35,677 nucleotides of DNA from Amoebidium appalachense (Eukaryota; Protista; Ichthyosporea), in contig CAVNZM010000001.1 in the NCBI GenBank assembly GCA_963693365.1, positions 568,597-604,273 of the forward strand. The letters run 5' to 3'. The first letter of the stretch is position 1. Each line of letters starts with the position of its first letter. Both the position numbers and the translations under genes were made by a program. The notes beneath the pieces were generated by a model that worked only from the letters and a program-made list of their open reading frames with translations, was not told where the DNA came from and searched no databases. This document shows, in pieces, positions 10,479-24,632 of the stretch.

Positions 10479-10980
10479 ATATGTACCTATTACAAGAGGG
10501 CACCTAACTCAGTTAAAGAACGATCGGGTGGTGAGAAAAGAAGCCCATGGAGTTAAATTGTAGAACGTGCAAAGATTCAAACAAGGAGTCAATGACATGT
10601 CAAAAGCGGGTTGGATGTATTGGAGATTTGAAAAAACAGCACTGAAAAGCAGAGCATACTGATACGTGAAAGTCTGTAACGAGAAGATATGGAAAAGCGA
10701 CAAAAATTGGGCAGCCATTAGTAAAAGAATTACAATCAAAGAGTGATGTTCGTGTCTCCATGCGGCACTGGGGTAGAGGAGGAGGGGGGAGGGGGGGGGG
10801 GGGGTTGAATGCGGAACACGGTACAAAGTACGCATACACGATGAGAAGCATGGTGCAGGACACATGCAAAGGCAAGCATTCAAGTATGCAACATCATCCA
10901 TGCGCACAGTATGCGTCATAAGCAGAGCCCATCCTCATGGAGGGCTCAGGTATCAATTGAGCCTGAGTTTCGACCCGTCA
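10479..10980 (+). repeat. dispersed repeat; homologues at ~13925-14725 (tandem-like, ~600-bp period) and 16717-16775
   Basis: Shared blocks ATGTACCTATTACAAGAGGGCACCTAACTC, CAGCACTGAAAAGCAGAGCATACTGATACG, GGACACATGCAAAGGCA and AAGCAGAGCCCATCCTCA. Class unknown. Confidence 0.75.
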
Positions 10981-11041
10981 GCCCGCGTATATACGACTCT
11001 CCAACTCAGACAGCAGCATCAACTGAACTTGGGAGGGTCAA

Positions 11042-13737
11042 TGTCATGTGCTGAGCTGATTCGTATTAGTTTACTTCTATATTTTGTGTTTTGGTGAGTT
11101 AATTTCGGGGGTTTTCTTGCATAGTGATGCCGGGGTCTAAATGGGGTATGAGGAGATTAATCAGTGGTATGGGGAGAATCTGATGCAGCGGCGGCTGATT
11201 GTTTGGTGCGCGCGTGCATGCCCCATGCCTCTGCGTACTCTCCATGTTAAATGTTGTATTGCTTCTTGCTGTGTGCGTGGCGAGACCCATGTTGCCTGCT
11301 CGCGTGTGTGTATGCTTATATGTATTGTGAGTAAACGTGTGTACGTGTTGTAGTGCTGTAGGGGTGTCTGAGGTCGCGGTAGCCAATGGTGTGGAGTGCG
11401 TGTAGTCTGTGGGGGAGGGAGTGTTGTGATTGGCTGAATGTCACTGTGGTATTTGTCTGGCCAGTGGGCCGCGTGTCTGTGAAGTGTCTCGCGGGGTCGC
11501 GGGCTTTTGGAAGTTCTTCTCAGAACACAAAAAAACTCGCTTCCCACCCAACTCAAAGAAAAGTTTATACGTATACACAGTTTCGAGCCCCTTTAAGCGT
11601 GCAGATAGTTAGAGTAGTTTGTATACACTCTGTTTGTTGCCACGACAAGCTACACCCCCTTTCTCTGCAGTTTTTTGCAGGGAGGGGGCACACGCACTGT
11701 TAGTCCTTCTGGGCTGTTGCTTTCACCCCTAGTTTTTTTTTTTTCACGCCTAGCGGTTATGAGTGGTTTTGTCTTAGGCCTTTTTCGACGGTTAGAGGTA
11801 GAAGAAACATACGCACACACAGACCTACAGCTAGCAACAGTTGGCATAGGCAACATGAGCAGTAGGACTAGTATCACAGGGGACTTAGTCCTCGCTAAGG
11901 ACCTTGACCTCCCTAGGTGACTTAGCAAGCTCAGGGCCGTTTGCCCAGCAGAGGCCTCAGAGGGGACCGGCGGCGGTCACCCTCCCCACGGCGCTACTGC
12001 CAGCCCTACCAGCCACGGCCACAACGGGATAACAGATGGGCCAGACTAGCGTCTTTGGGCGGGACAGCAAGAGCCGGCGCCAGGCTCTTTCCCAGGTGTG
12101 CACCTGCGACAACTGCAAGGAGCGGGGGCAACGCGTGGTGTAAACAGCCCCGTCGTGGGGGGCAGGGACGTCGGTGACCGTGTTGCTGGTATGAAGGTTT
12201 TATTAGGGGGTAGGCCATCTCTTGGGTTGTTGTTGTTGTAATACTATGGGAGTAACTGTTGTGTGGTGTTATTTTTCGGCGAGTTTTCTACTGGTGCCTG
12301 GCGTTTTCGACGTGTGTATGAGTCCTGTGTTGGCGACGTGTGTGGTTAGGGTCAGTGGAATAGAAAGTCCTGCTGCTGTCTGGGAGCTCGGCCCTCTGAC
12401 GAGGGGGCTGGGGGGGGGTCGAAGTGTAGTCATGGCAGTGGCAGGCCCCCACTGTTGTGAACCCCCGTCGTCAAAGGGCCTGGTGCTGAGGCCCCTTGGA
12501 GTGGCTGCCCTGGGCCTGGTGTTGAGGCCCTTTAGAGTGGCTGCCCGTAGTGTTGTTGAGTAGTGTTGTGGTGCCCAGTGCAGCAGTAGGCCTTAGACAC
12601 ACCGCTGGGTAGGGCACGGTTGGGGCGGAGGCATTCCCAAACCACCGGGACCTACGTAGTAGGAGTCTTTGTCGGGTAGAGGAATGGCCAGCAAGAGAGT
12701 CTGGAGGTGTACGTCACATGAGTCTGGAGGTGTTCGTCACGGCATGTTAGGTTTTGCTAGGAATTCTTTGTGGATGGGGCATGCTGAGTGTGGTTGTATG
12801 GATGGTGTCTGTTATCATGTCTGTTGCTATGTTCCACTCGATATAACATTGTGCCAGGGGCATGGGGTTTTGGGTGCAGGTTGTGGACGGGGGCAGAGGT
12901 GCATCTACAGGGCAACGTCAGTGGCGGTTCTTATCCTTGTTTTGGGGTTGGGTTGGGTATTAACCATGGTGGGGTGGTGTGTGGATGTATGTATATGTTT
13001 TATGTTATATGTTAAATGTTGCTTCCTGCATGGGTAGCGGTAGTTGTAGTCGCTCAGCACATAACTTTATTTTGTTTTTAGGTAGTTTTTACTGAGGTGG
13101 AACTCAGTTATTTTCTGTGCGAGGGGGGAGTTGTCATGTGCTGAGCTGATTCGTATTAGTTTACTTCTATATTTTGTGTTTTGGTGAGTTAATTTCGGGG
13201 GTTTTCTTGCATAGTGATGCCGGGGTCTAAATGGGGTATGAGGAGATTAATCAGTGGTATGGGGAGAATCTGATGCAGCGGCGGCTGATTGTTTGGTGCG
13301 CGCGTGCATGCCCCATGCCTCTGCGTACTCTCCATGTTAAATGTTGTATTGCTTCTTGCTGTGTGCGTGGCGAGACCCATGTTGCCTGCTCGCGTGTGTG
13401 TATGCTTATATGTATTGTGAGTAAACGTGTGTACGTGTTGTAGTGCTGTAGGGGTGTCTGAGGTCGCGGTAGCCAATGGTGTGGAGTGCGTGTAGTCTGT
13501 GGGGGAGGGAGTGTTGTGATTGGCTGAATGTCACTGTGGTATTTGTCTGGCCAGTGGGCCGCGTGTCTGTGAAGTGTCTCGCGGGGTCGCGGGCTTTTGG
13601 AAGTTCTTCTCAGAACACAAAAAAACTCGCTTCCCACCCAACTCAAAGAAAAGTTTATACGTATACACAGTTTCGAGCCCCTTTAAGCGTGCAGATAGTT
13701 AGAGTAGTTTGTATACACTCTGTTTGTTGCCACGACA
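11042..13737 (+). mobile_element. young non-autonomous LTR retrotransposon, 2696 bp (LTRs 11042-11647 and 13132-13737)
   Basis: 606-bp LTRs TGTCATG…CACGACA that look identical; perfect TSD GTCAA (11037-11041/13738-13742); PPT GAGGGGGGAG at 13121-13130; no pol; a broken zinc knuckle (CDNCKERG…NAWCKQP) at ~12105-12150. Confidence 0.95.
11648..11659 (+). promoter_or_regulatory. atypical PBS complementary to the 5' 12 nt of tRNA-Ala
   Basis: AGCTACACCCCC abuts the LTR end. Its reverse complement GGGGGTGTAGCT matches the known 5' end of eukaryotic tRNA-Ala (GGGGGTGTAGCTCAG). Confidence 0.6.
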
Positions 13738-15555
13738 GTCAACCCGTCTTGATCAAAGACGAGCAGGGTTGCTTATGCAAGCAAGGTGAGCAAAACGGTG
13801 AAGATGTGTGTGCAAACTAATGCAGTGCAGCGAAAAATGTGTATGTGCTTATAGATGCACGACACACAGCAACCATGCCCGGTTGCATGGAGGGGGGGGG
13901 GGGGGGGGGGGAGGGCCGGAGGTTAGAATGCAAAGCAAGGTACGAATACCCCTCCACAATGAGAAACAAAGTGCAGGACACATGCAAAGGCATTTATTAA
14001 GTATGCAGCATAAGCAACACACACAGTCTGCAATGTGGATTGAGGTAATGGAAGGACGTGCAAGGTCGTGTGAAAGCTCCTACCTGTGTGCACGAGGTTT
14101 CACCCCTCCCCCCTCCCCCCTCCCCCCGAAGCCCTTCACTTACACTTGTGAGGACATCCGATCATATTTGCAATTACATTGGCCCCCCCCCCCCCTCCCC
14201 CCCCCCCCCCTCCCCTATATGTACCTATTACAAGAGGGCACCTAACTCCGTTAAAGGACGATCAGGTGGTGAGAAAAGAAGCCTATGCAGTTCGTGCAGA
14301 ACATTGTACAATGATTCAAACAAGGAGTCATGTCAAAAGGGGGTTGGATGTATTGGAGATTGGAAAAAACAGCACTGAAAAGCAGAGCATACTGATACGC
14401 GAAATGTTGTAAAGAGAAGATAAGGAGGAGCGACAAAAAATGGTCAGCCATTAGTAAAAGATTTACAAAGAGGGATGTCCGTGTCTCCATGCGGCACTGG
14501 GGGAAAGGGGAGAGGGGGGGGGGGGGGGGGGGTGAATGCGGAACACGGTACGAATGCCCCTCCACATTGAGAAACACAGGGCGGGACACATGCAAAGGCA
14601 ATCATTCAAGTATGCAGCATAAGCAAGACACAGTCTGCAAGGTGGATTGAGGTAATGGAAGGACGTGCAAGGTCGTGTGAAAGCTCCTACCTGTGAGCAC
14701 GAGGTTTCACCCCTACGCTTGAGGACATGGTGTATACCGGAAGATTCGAGACGAGAGTACATGGTGACGTAGCAGTCAAGCACGTAGTGGCTCACATTGT
14801 GGGTTTCAATCCTGAAGGTACGAGAAGTTCAGGCACAATAAACCTCAGCATTCTCAACAACAGCTCTCTCTTCTCCTCCCATGACACATTCTTTAACGCT
14901 CTATTGGTCACGTATAGGACAAACAATCTTCATGTCCCGTTACCTACACAAGTTGAGACCTTTTCCAGCCTCCTTCTATCCACTGTTTGATGCGGGTTAG
15001 GGAGATCTCGGGCAAACTGCACGAAGGTAGTCCAAGTTTGGTGTGTTTTCCGCCACACACCCTGAGTAACTAACGGTTTATTTCTAGTTAAGAGTGATGG
15101 CCTGTGTGTGCCACATGTTTGTTATTATCTAAACTCAGATTTAAATCTACACAGAACCACTTTGTTTGTGGCCGTTCTATCCCTCCCATCGCGAAGAAAT
15201 CCACCATTGGTGTGTGATGTTAGGCCAATTGATAGTCATGCGTGCATGTATAACTAACAAAGTAACTAACTACCCCTTAGATTTGAAATTTCAGTTTCTG
15301 GAACATTTGGCCTCTATTGATCTACTAGGTCAGTTATGGAATTAAGTCGATCTCGCCCTGATGGGCAACCCCAAGTTTTAGCGAAAATCTATCCCCCGAG
15401 TCTCCTCAAGTATATGCCACAGATGCCGTCCGCCATTCCTCCCTCCTAAAGCGCGGTCACTGTCCATAATCTTGATTTTTTTTTTTTTTTTGACTGTTGC
15501 TGTAATGTTCTTGGTGGCGGTCTAACATGATGAAATATGATTTATCGTTCATTTC

Positions 15556-15663
15556 GCCATTAAGAACACCCCCAAATCTGGTCGCGGTGCATCTCCAACA
15601 AAAAAAACCCATCTGAACCGCTAGCATATTCTCTTTATCTGGCATTCTTCATGGTGGATGGTA
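15556..15663 (-). mobile_element. ~100-bp MITE-like repeat (other copies 18226-18332, 18576-18665)
   Basis: Inverted termini CCATTAAGA…TCTTAATGG with TACCGT/ACGGTA-type ends. This copy is the reverse complement of the 18226 copy. Confidence 0.6.
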
Positions 15664-16393
15664 TCTGTATATTTCTACTTTATAATTATTTAGGGTGCAG
15701 CCAATCGCGGAACTGTTTGTGGTCGCTCGCGCACACACTAGCACTTGTATCGCAACGCGGTCCTGACTCTACAAATGCCTTCGTAAGCACGTGACATATG
15801 TACATATGTAATACCAGATATTCGTGTACAGTATGTAGAAGTGATTCCAGCTGGAATCCCCCCCCCCCCCCCCCCCCCTCCCCCCCCCCCCCCCCCCCCC
15901 CCCCCACACACACACCAAAAAAACAAAAAAAAACAACAACAACATAATATCATTGTTCCCCCCCCATCACCATCACCACCACCACCACCACCACCACCAC
16001 CAAAGGCGCGACAAATGCAGCCGCATGTGCAAAGTGAAGCACACAGAGGCCGTAGCATACTCTAAGGTTTGCTTACAACCTACTATTTATATGGAATCCC
16101 GCCATCCATACGAGCTGACTGGAGTGCTCATGACCACTAACATGCTAGGCATGGACAATGGACACCAGCATGCATTAATATGTTAGAAGTCACACAAACA
16201 CTGAGCTCCAAGTTCACACACACAGCAGCCCCAGCAAACACACATACACAGCGCACATGTCGAACACATGCACACACACCCCCACGCGCGAGCGCACAGA
16301 TGTGGGGGAACATTTGAAAAAAAACACAAGTGCGGTCGTGCGCGTATACACAAACAAACACACACAAACTGCACACACACACACACACACACA

Positions 16394-17505
16394 CAGTCTC
16401 CTCTCGTTACAGCGCCCCTTCCTGAGTACAGCCCTGGGGAAAGGGGGGAGGGGGGGGGGGGGGGGGGGGGGTTATTTCGTGGGTAGCGTTATAGTGTAGG
16501 AAGACCAAGGTTGAATCCCCGTACTGAAATCCCCCCCCCCCCCCCCTCCCCTCCCCTCCCCCGTTTTTTTTTCTTTTTTGGTTGTTGTTGTTGTTTGCCC
16601 CCGGGGGGGGGGGGGGGGGAGGAGGGGGGTTTTGAATGCGTCAAAAAGTACGAAGTACACAAGAACAAACGGATAACACGATGCAGAATGCAAGCCATAC
16701 ATAAAGAGTATGCATAATAAGCAGAGCCCATCCTCAGGGGGGGCCCACGTCATCCACAGTACCCGAGTTTCGACCTATTTGGAGGGGAGGGGGGGGGGGG
16801 GGGGAGGAGGGGGGGACTACGATCACCGTCATTCTTTTTGTATTCGTTGCTGTTGAGAGTATTTATATTTGGCAATTTTAGAGTTGATAAGCGCTTCATT
16901 GCTGGTACGTATGACATTCCCCGAAGTCCACCCAGGCTGTTCATCTCCGGGGACTGTCCTGATGAAAAAGGAGGGTGCTATATGGCATGGAAATTTACTA
17001 TTGAATCATGTGAGGGTGTTCCACTTCCATGCCAACCTAATATGTACCTTCCTCCAGAAAACACTCAAAGTTAAAACCCGATCGACATTGATTGACCTAC
17101 TTTAATATCCAATGGTTAGCATTTTGTTCAAAATCTAAAAGTACGATCTGAGACCAGATTAATTTGATAATTGGGTGAATTTCAATTTCTAATTCAATCG
17201 TCATCTGATGAAAAAAGTTCTTTAATCGGAAACACATAGGATCTTTATAAAACATTTTTGTATTTGTGCGCCGCTAACGAATAAATGTTATCACTCGATA
17301 AAGAAGAATTTATCTTTCTCCTAAATATAGTTTTGATAGGATTCTGATTGGTGTGAAGGGTCAAAAATTACGAGAAACAAAAGTGTCTTTTTGTAGAAGG
17401 TGCTTATTCGCGTTAGAAGTTGTAATATGGCGGGCGCTATATGCGGAGCCATTTTTGTTGGATCAATAGAGGAGGGAGCCGGTGACATCCGAGTGGGGCG
17501 ATTTT

Positions 17506-17540
<35 letters not shown>

Positions 17541-17556
17541 TAGCAAGAGGAGACTG
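16394..17556 (-). mobile_element. decayed pogo/Tigger-like DNA transposon
   Basis: TIRs CAGTCTCCTCTCGTTACAGC / GTTATAGCAAGAGGAGACTG (16/20 match) with TA at the right end. A minus-strand remnant GDE(T)AWVDF…ILSTATNTKRMTVIV at ~16820-16950 resembles the DET…K.R.TV block of pogo DDE transposases. A third TIR copy lies at 17718. Confidence 0.45.
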
Positions 17557-18777
17557 TACACACACAAACAAAAAACAGACACACACCCACACACACAGAG
17601 AGAGAGAGGGGGGAAGGTGGAGGGAGAAGGGGGGGGGGGGGGGGGGGGGGGGATGAGGGAGGGCGCGAGAGAGGGAGGGAGGGAGGGAGGGAGAGATACA
17701 CACTGCACATTGTCATACAGGCTCCTCTCGTTATAGCGCCTCCCTGGTTGTGCCCCCCTCCCCCCCCCCCCCCTCCCCCCCCCCCCCCCCCCCCCCCGGG
17801 GTAGAGCACCCCTCCCCAGATGTCACTGTATCTATCATCTATTGACACAATAGAAAACGACTCACAAAAAAGGGCCCCCTACATAATGAAGTATAGGGCT
17901 TAGCTCGCTTGGGACGCCATCATACGAGACTATAGTAAATGTCCATGCAATATCGCGCTCCCCCTCCATCAGAGAAGTCCCCAGACATGGACTTTTGGTG
18001 TAGTTGAGAGGCAGAGTGGGGAACGTATCATTTCAATGTAGTATGCAAAAGAAAAGAAATATTAATTAATATTTTGCAAAATAATCAACAACACATAGTG
18101 ACCAAAAACAACGACAACCCAGAATAATGACGCTAAAACTTGTAAAAGAAAAGGAAAAAAAGGTGGCAAGTGCAGGAATGTGTATGTGGTGTGTGTGTTT
18201 GTGTGCGCGCGCGTGTGTGTACATATACCGTCCACCATTAAGAATACCCGCAAATAAGAATATGCTAGCGACCAAGTCGCGTTTTTTCTAAGGATACGCA
18301 CCACGGCCATTTTTGGGGATGCTCTTAATGGCAGACTAACCGATAAATCATGCTGGATCCTGCATACACATGCCCCCCCTCCGCCCTTCCCCCCCTCCCC
18401 CCTGCTTCCCCCCTCCATCCTCCCCTTCCTTCCCCCCCCCCCCCCCCCACCCTATCCAACCCCCACCCCACATGTCACTACACACACACACATCCCCGAA
18501 AGCCGCCCATTCTCCCCCCCTCCCCCCCCCCTCCCCTCCCCCCCCCCCCCCCCCCCCCCCCCCCCAAAGTCCCGTGCCATTAAGAATATGGTAGCGACCG
18601 TCCAAAAGGTGTAAGAATATGCACCACAACCACGTTTTTGGGGGGTTTCTTAATGGCGTACGGTAACTGTATACATATGTGTTTGTGTTTGTGTGTGTTT
18701 GCCGTATGTAACTACCGAGGTCATTAGACCCAACAGGCGTGCCCCCACCAAGGGGGCGCGCACACCCAAAATTACTG

Positions 18778-18779
<2 letters not shown>

Positions 18780-18838
<59 letters not shown>

Positions 18839-19150
18839 AACACAAACACACACACACACACATGCACGCACACACTCACGCACGTACGTACGCACACTCA
18901 CACGCGCGCACGCACACACACACAAACACACACACACACACAATCATATACACGCCTGTACACGCACACACACACACGCAAAAAACACGCGCGCACGCAC
19001 ACACACACAAACGCACACACACACACAATCATATACACGCCTGTACATGCACACACACACAAGCAAGAAACAAGAACACACACACGCAAACACACACACA
19101 CGCATGGACACACGAACACGCACATGCACGCGCGCGCGCACACACACACC
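18780..19150. repeat. degenerate (CA)n microsatellite field
   Basis: Directly visible. Confidence 0.9.
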
Positions 19151-21169
19151 CCGTTGGTGCATAAATGATTCCACTCGAAGATCTGTGATGGGTTCGCAAA
19201 GTGGCAGGTGTCCACCAATCAAAATCGACTATATTTTTTTAACATTAGTCTTGTTACGGTTGTCGCGAAAGGGGCCGGGAGGCCCAAGCTCGTCTGACGC
19301 TCGTCGACTACAACTTCGATAGCCCGAACAGGAGTCCCTTTCGTATTCATGGACCTCAGATCAGAGCCCCAATACACGTAACACGGATGAAAAAGTGTTT
19401 TTAGTATATTACCATATAATGTGTATCTATGTCATGTGTGTTGTATTGTACACAGGCGTAGGGGAATTCTAGCTGTCCCCTTATTCTATCACGCAAGGCG
19501 GGCAGTGTATCAATAAGCAAATGCATCAATACCATGATGGTTTCTTGATGTGCGAGGTGATCCCTGCATATAATTACAGGGGTCCAGTTTTGAGCTCGCA
19601 CAAGGAATGACACTCGATATGGCGCAGCACGCCATCTGCATGAGAGACAAGTGGGCACAAGGGAAGTGACATAGCCTAAGAGAGAGATTGACTGAGTGAG
19701 ACGTGACGGGCAGAGGGTGGGTTGGGTGAGTGAGCTAGTTATGCCTGGTATACCACACAAGAAATTGCCAGGTTAACTCCTAGCCGTTCGCCGATGCATT
19801 TTTGCATCAGTTTTAAAAATAAATGCATCAGCGATCTTCGAAAATAAATAGCGCCTGATGTGTAATAGTCATGACACTGGGAATTTCTGCCTTATTGTTT
19901 TCTACTTTTATAAAACACCAAAAACACCGGGGGGACTGAGTTTTTTGGTTTATCGTGGGTGTTCTGCCTAACTGTGTCTATATTTTCATCGGGCAGCCCC
20001 AAATTTTCGAACGCTGCCGACAAGAGGATGCCCGGGATTTACAGATTTCAACCCGGAAATCGATCGGCTGATAAGTGCTTCAATCCGATCTGCTGAGATT
20101 TTTGCGGGAATTCATATCACGTAACTGTCTTGAAAGAAACCCCGCCGCGGTTAGCAAAATCGACACAAACACGTGTTCATAACACGTTGGGATGCATAGG
20201 AACACCCAGTTTTTTTTTTTTTTTATGGCACACAAAGGAAGACATATGTAGATGTGCTTGTAGCGTTTTGGTCTACTTGGGCCCCCTTACATGATTTTTT
20301 TCTATTTTTCAAATCTGGTCGATTTTGGCTTCCGGGCGAACGGCTCAGGGTTAAGACAACTCGAGTGGATTGGGTTACTATAATGATTTTGCAAATCTCT
20401 AACTTCTGACTTTCCATAAAACGATAAATCGTAAGCTACTTCCTCAAATCTTGTTGCTTGAGCTCCATGTTGATTTGCGATCGTCCTGGTGACACCACAT
20501 GCACGCACACATCTCAGCGCGCACAAGCACAGACGTGTGTCCGCGGCTCAGATTGTGGATTAAAAACTAGCAGGCCTGAATCGACGAAATGGGACCGAAT
20601 CCCTTTTCATTCATAGAAAACATCGTTTTCAATGCACTATAAGCCTACCAAACCTAGGCCTGAACACGAAGAATTAAAAGATCTTTTTTTTTTTTTGACA
20701 TCATTCGTTGCCTAGCGCGACAAAAAACCATAAACTTCTACCAAGTAAGACTTGTTTGATGGCCGTACGCCGCTGGTGCCGGCGGTGTTAGAAGCTCAAA
20801 ATACCATCCGATGAGATGCCGTCAGGGGGAGCCTACGAATTTGAGCTGGCGCATTTGATGGGTCGATTTAGATAGTCAGTCGAACATTTCGGATTTCGGC
20901 TTCTATAAAGGGGATGTGCATTAACGTTTTACTTATTGAAAGTTTGCGTGAAAATTTATTATGCAGCAAAACTTGGTACAAAAATAAGCGCCTTTGTTTT
21001 TTACATATTTTTAATTAAGCTTGTATGGGGTTTTGATAGCTGTAGCGGCTGAAATATCGAGTAAAATGCTGGCAACATCCGCCATTATCGATAAGGGCCT
21101 GCTAGCTTTTATTCCATCGAATCTGGTCCCGGGCGGCGCGCGGACACATCTATGCACACACGCAGGTAT

Positions 21170-21365
<196 letters not shown>

Positions 21366-21596
21366 CACATGCACACATGCGCGCGCATACAGTCACACGC
21401 GCACACACAGTGACACACGCACGGCCAGGATCTAGATATGGTCCTTTGGGCCAATAGAAAGGCACAAGCATCCGAATCTGCTGTACGTGGCGGCGGCATG
21501 GCAGGTCATATATGTGTGAGAGGGTTGAAAATATTGAGGTGGGGACACGAAAAGACAAAACACAAAAAGTCTCAAAAATGAAGAAGCCGGGAGGGG

Positions 21597-21628
<32 letters not shown>

Positions 21629-21859
21629 AAATGCAGACAGAAGACACTAGGATAGAGCCACCATCAGGAGAGCGCATATGCCTTCAAAAAGAATGGAGTT
21701 CGACACTTCTACCTCTCACGCGCATGGTTCCTGACCAATCCTTTTTTGACAGGAATAGGCATGTCAACATGTGGCTTGGCTAAACACACGCAAAATACCT
21801 GCAAGAAGACAATAACAATAATCATTAAATTCCTAGCAAAGTAATTAGAGAAAGACGTC

Positions 21860-23000
21860 GGGCTTCTACAGAGCTCCCAAGAGTGGTAAAATGGAATTCA
21901 CGAGCTCCTTGTGTGGGGGGCAAATGTGAACATGAGTGTAAAGCAAGCTTGCGGGTGGTTTTGGTACATAGTTGTCCTGGAACAAGGAACTTGGATAGCA
22001 TGAGACATGCAAGCCCCGCTTGAGGATGGAAACATAGAGGATAAGTAGTGGGAAGACGGGAAAACAGCACCGTATATGGTGGGAGGGGGGGGGGGGGGGG
22101 GGGGGGGGATGGAAGCAAAAGCACACTGACCTGTCTATTGTTTCTATAAGCCTCTCCATGCTGTGGCCACCGATCTCCAAATCGTCTTCTAAAACCAGAA
22201 GACCGGATGGTATGACATCTCCCAGCATCATGCTGGTGTGCACACTGCGGCTAAAAGCGCTAAGTATGCGTCCTGTGCGACAGAGAATGGTAAGAAGGAA
22301 TTAACGAACTCCTTGCGCGGGGGACAAATGTGAACATGAAGTGTAAAGCAAGCTTGCTGTCGTTTTGGTAGTTGTCCTGGGACAAGGGGCTTTAATAGCA
22401 TGAGACATACACGCCCCACTTGAGGATGCAAACATAGAGGCCAAGTAGTGGGAAGACCGGAAAACAGCACCGTGCAAGGCACTTGAAAACAAAAAGCCAG
22501 ACAAATGATTTATTAGGGCAGGCATTAAAAGGAGGAGGGGGAGGGGAAGCTGGGAGGCAAGAGAGAGGGGGGGGTGGGGGGTGAGGGGAAGGGAGAGAAA
22601 GGGAGTGGGAGAGTGGAAGGGGCAGGGGAAGGGGTTGTGGATATGGAGAGAGGAGAAGGAAGATGGAGAGGGAGGGAAAGGGGGAGGGAGAGGGAGAGGG
22701 AGAGGAAGAGGAAGAGAGCGATCCTGAGAAGAGCACCACGGCCTTACAACTTTCCTCGGTCATCATGCATGCATTCGGGCTAAAACACCTACCATAGTTG
22801 CCACGGGCATGTAGCGTTTTTGTTGCATATTTTCCAGGGGGCTGATCCCAATAGTGGAGGGTGACAAACGGAAGTTGCTGCAAGAACAAGTAGTAATCCT
22901 TTGATTTCTGTGGACGCCGTGCACAGTTATCTACAATGGAAGCACCCGGCGATCAGCACTCCCATAGTTACACCTTTTTACGCCAGCAGAAAACGGCTCG
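21860..23000 (+). pseudogene. degraded ankyrin-repeat gene with internal ~200-bp duplication
   Basis: Fragments ELLVWGANVNM (21902), DGKTAP, ATENGKKE…ELLARGTNVNM (22306), LEDANIEAK…DRKTAP and HGHVAFLLHIFQGADPN (22802). Many stops and frameshifts. Confidence 0.55.
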
Positions 23001-23971
23001 CCTGAATGTACACTTTGAGTAGGACAATTACCTTCCAAGTGAAAGAGGATTATTGTTATCGTGACTTGACTAGTATGAACACGTCCATTCTATCATACTT
23101 GTGCTTGCTGTATGGTTGTGCTTGCTGAAGTTGATGTACAGAGCAAATGGTTGTGCTTGCTGAAGTGGATGTACAGTGCATAATAGTGTTAATTATTTGC
23201 ATGTGAGGACACACGGGTTCTTATTAAACACTATTTGGGGCCATTCTGATAGTTTTTGAGTTCTCTTTAGACCCTAATTGGTACCTTATGTTCCATCCGC
23301 TTTTCACCCGTACCAATGAGCATAGGTGGATCTAGACTTTTTGGTTATGAGTGCAAGTTGAGTATCGGTGCCTATGCTAGAAGAAGTGTCTGTCTTCAAC
23401 ATACAACGGCTGTTGCGCCCTAGCCGGGTCCCGGGAGGGCACGGCTCGGAACGATAGAGAACTTACAACCAGCGGCAAAAGGGCAAAAGGGTTCTAAGTA
23501 AGAGGCAAAGGCTCAAAAGTTGTGTCTTCGGTTTATTAGAACCACTAAAAACTCGTAAGAATGTGATATCCTCCTTCTCATATTAACTACCTACTCTGTT
23601 CTCGTGTTTTGTGAGAAGCTAAATAGGACACTTAAGTTGCCTTGCACGAACTCTAGAAAAACCGCCGAGAAGATCACACTCTGCGCACATCTTGCTGGGA
23701 AGCAAGCTTCTGGGGCATGGGGTGTGTTGGTGGTGGTGGTGTGGGGGCGGGGATGGGGGCAGGGGGTTCAAATTTGTTATGCTGAAGCGGTGCCGATTAT
23801 GGTTGGGGGTTGTGTGTGTGTGGTGTGTTTATGCTTCAGGTGTATGTGGAGAAAGGGGCGGTGGTGGTGGCACATGCTTAGAGATCTAACACCTACTAAT
23901 CGAAAATACATGTCGTGTACGCATGGCGTTCCTCCGACTTCTGCTCACAAGCTAGAAGCCGAACTCAGCGG

Positions 23972-24005
<34 letters not shown>

Positions 24006-24591
24006 ACAGACAACCGTTGCCCTTATCGTTGGTTGCTACGAGTAGTCAGAAAGGGATCAGAAGCCCTTAGTTTTCTATATTTGCACACTCGTCTAACATG
24101 GGGAAGGCAAATGTGCATTCATTTTGATAGTGTGTGTGCCCATGTCCTTAGACTAGTGAAAAATAAACGAACCCACATTAATTTATTTTCCAAGGATGAT
24201 CAGTGTTAGCGGTGTGTGCGACAATGCTTCTGACGGGGAGTTTGTGCCGTAATTTTCACATGCAGTATTTGTGTGGATGCAGACATGTCTGTGTAAGAAC
24301 AAGAGCGGAAATTTTTTTGTGCAGCTGCACGTGTGTGTGTGTGTTTTGGTGTGCATTTGTGGGTGCCCGTGGTTTGTGTGATCAGCCCCACTATATTTGT
24401 GTGTCCCAGTGTAAGCATTTGGGTGCAAATCTCTTGTCTGCATGCCGGCTTGTGTGCGTCAGCACGTGCTGTTGTGTACCGCGTGTTTGTGTCCCAATGT
24501 GCCTGTGTGCACGTGTGTATGTGTGTGTGTTTGTGCGCGTGTCGCTTGTGCGCCTGTGCGCGTGTGCGAGTTTGCATGATATAGGAAGGCC

Positions 24592-24632
<41 letters not shown>

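Noticed and set aside
11099-11703. Duplicated ORFs at 11.1-11.7 and 13.2-13.8 kb
   Set aside because: They lie within the two identical LTRs and have no protein motifs.
18348-19322. Long HT/CV/ER/SL/poly-P/poly-G ORFs here and at 8.4-9.0, 21.0-21.6, 24.2-24.7 and 25.9-26.4 kb
   Set aside because: They are translations of microsatellites and homopolymers.
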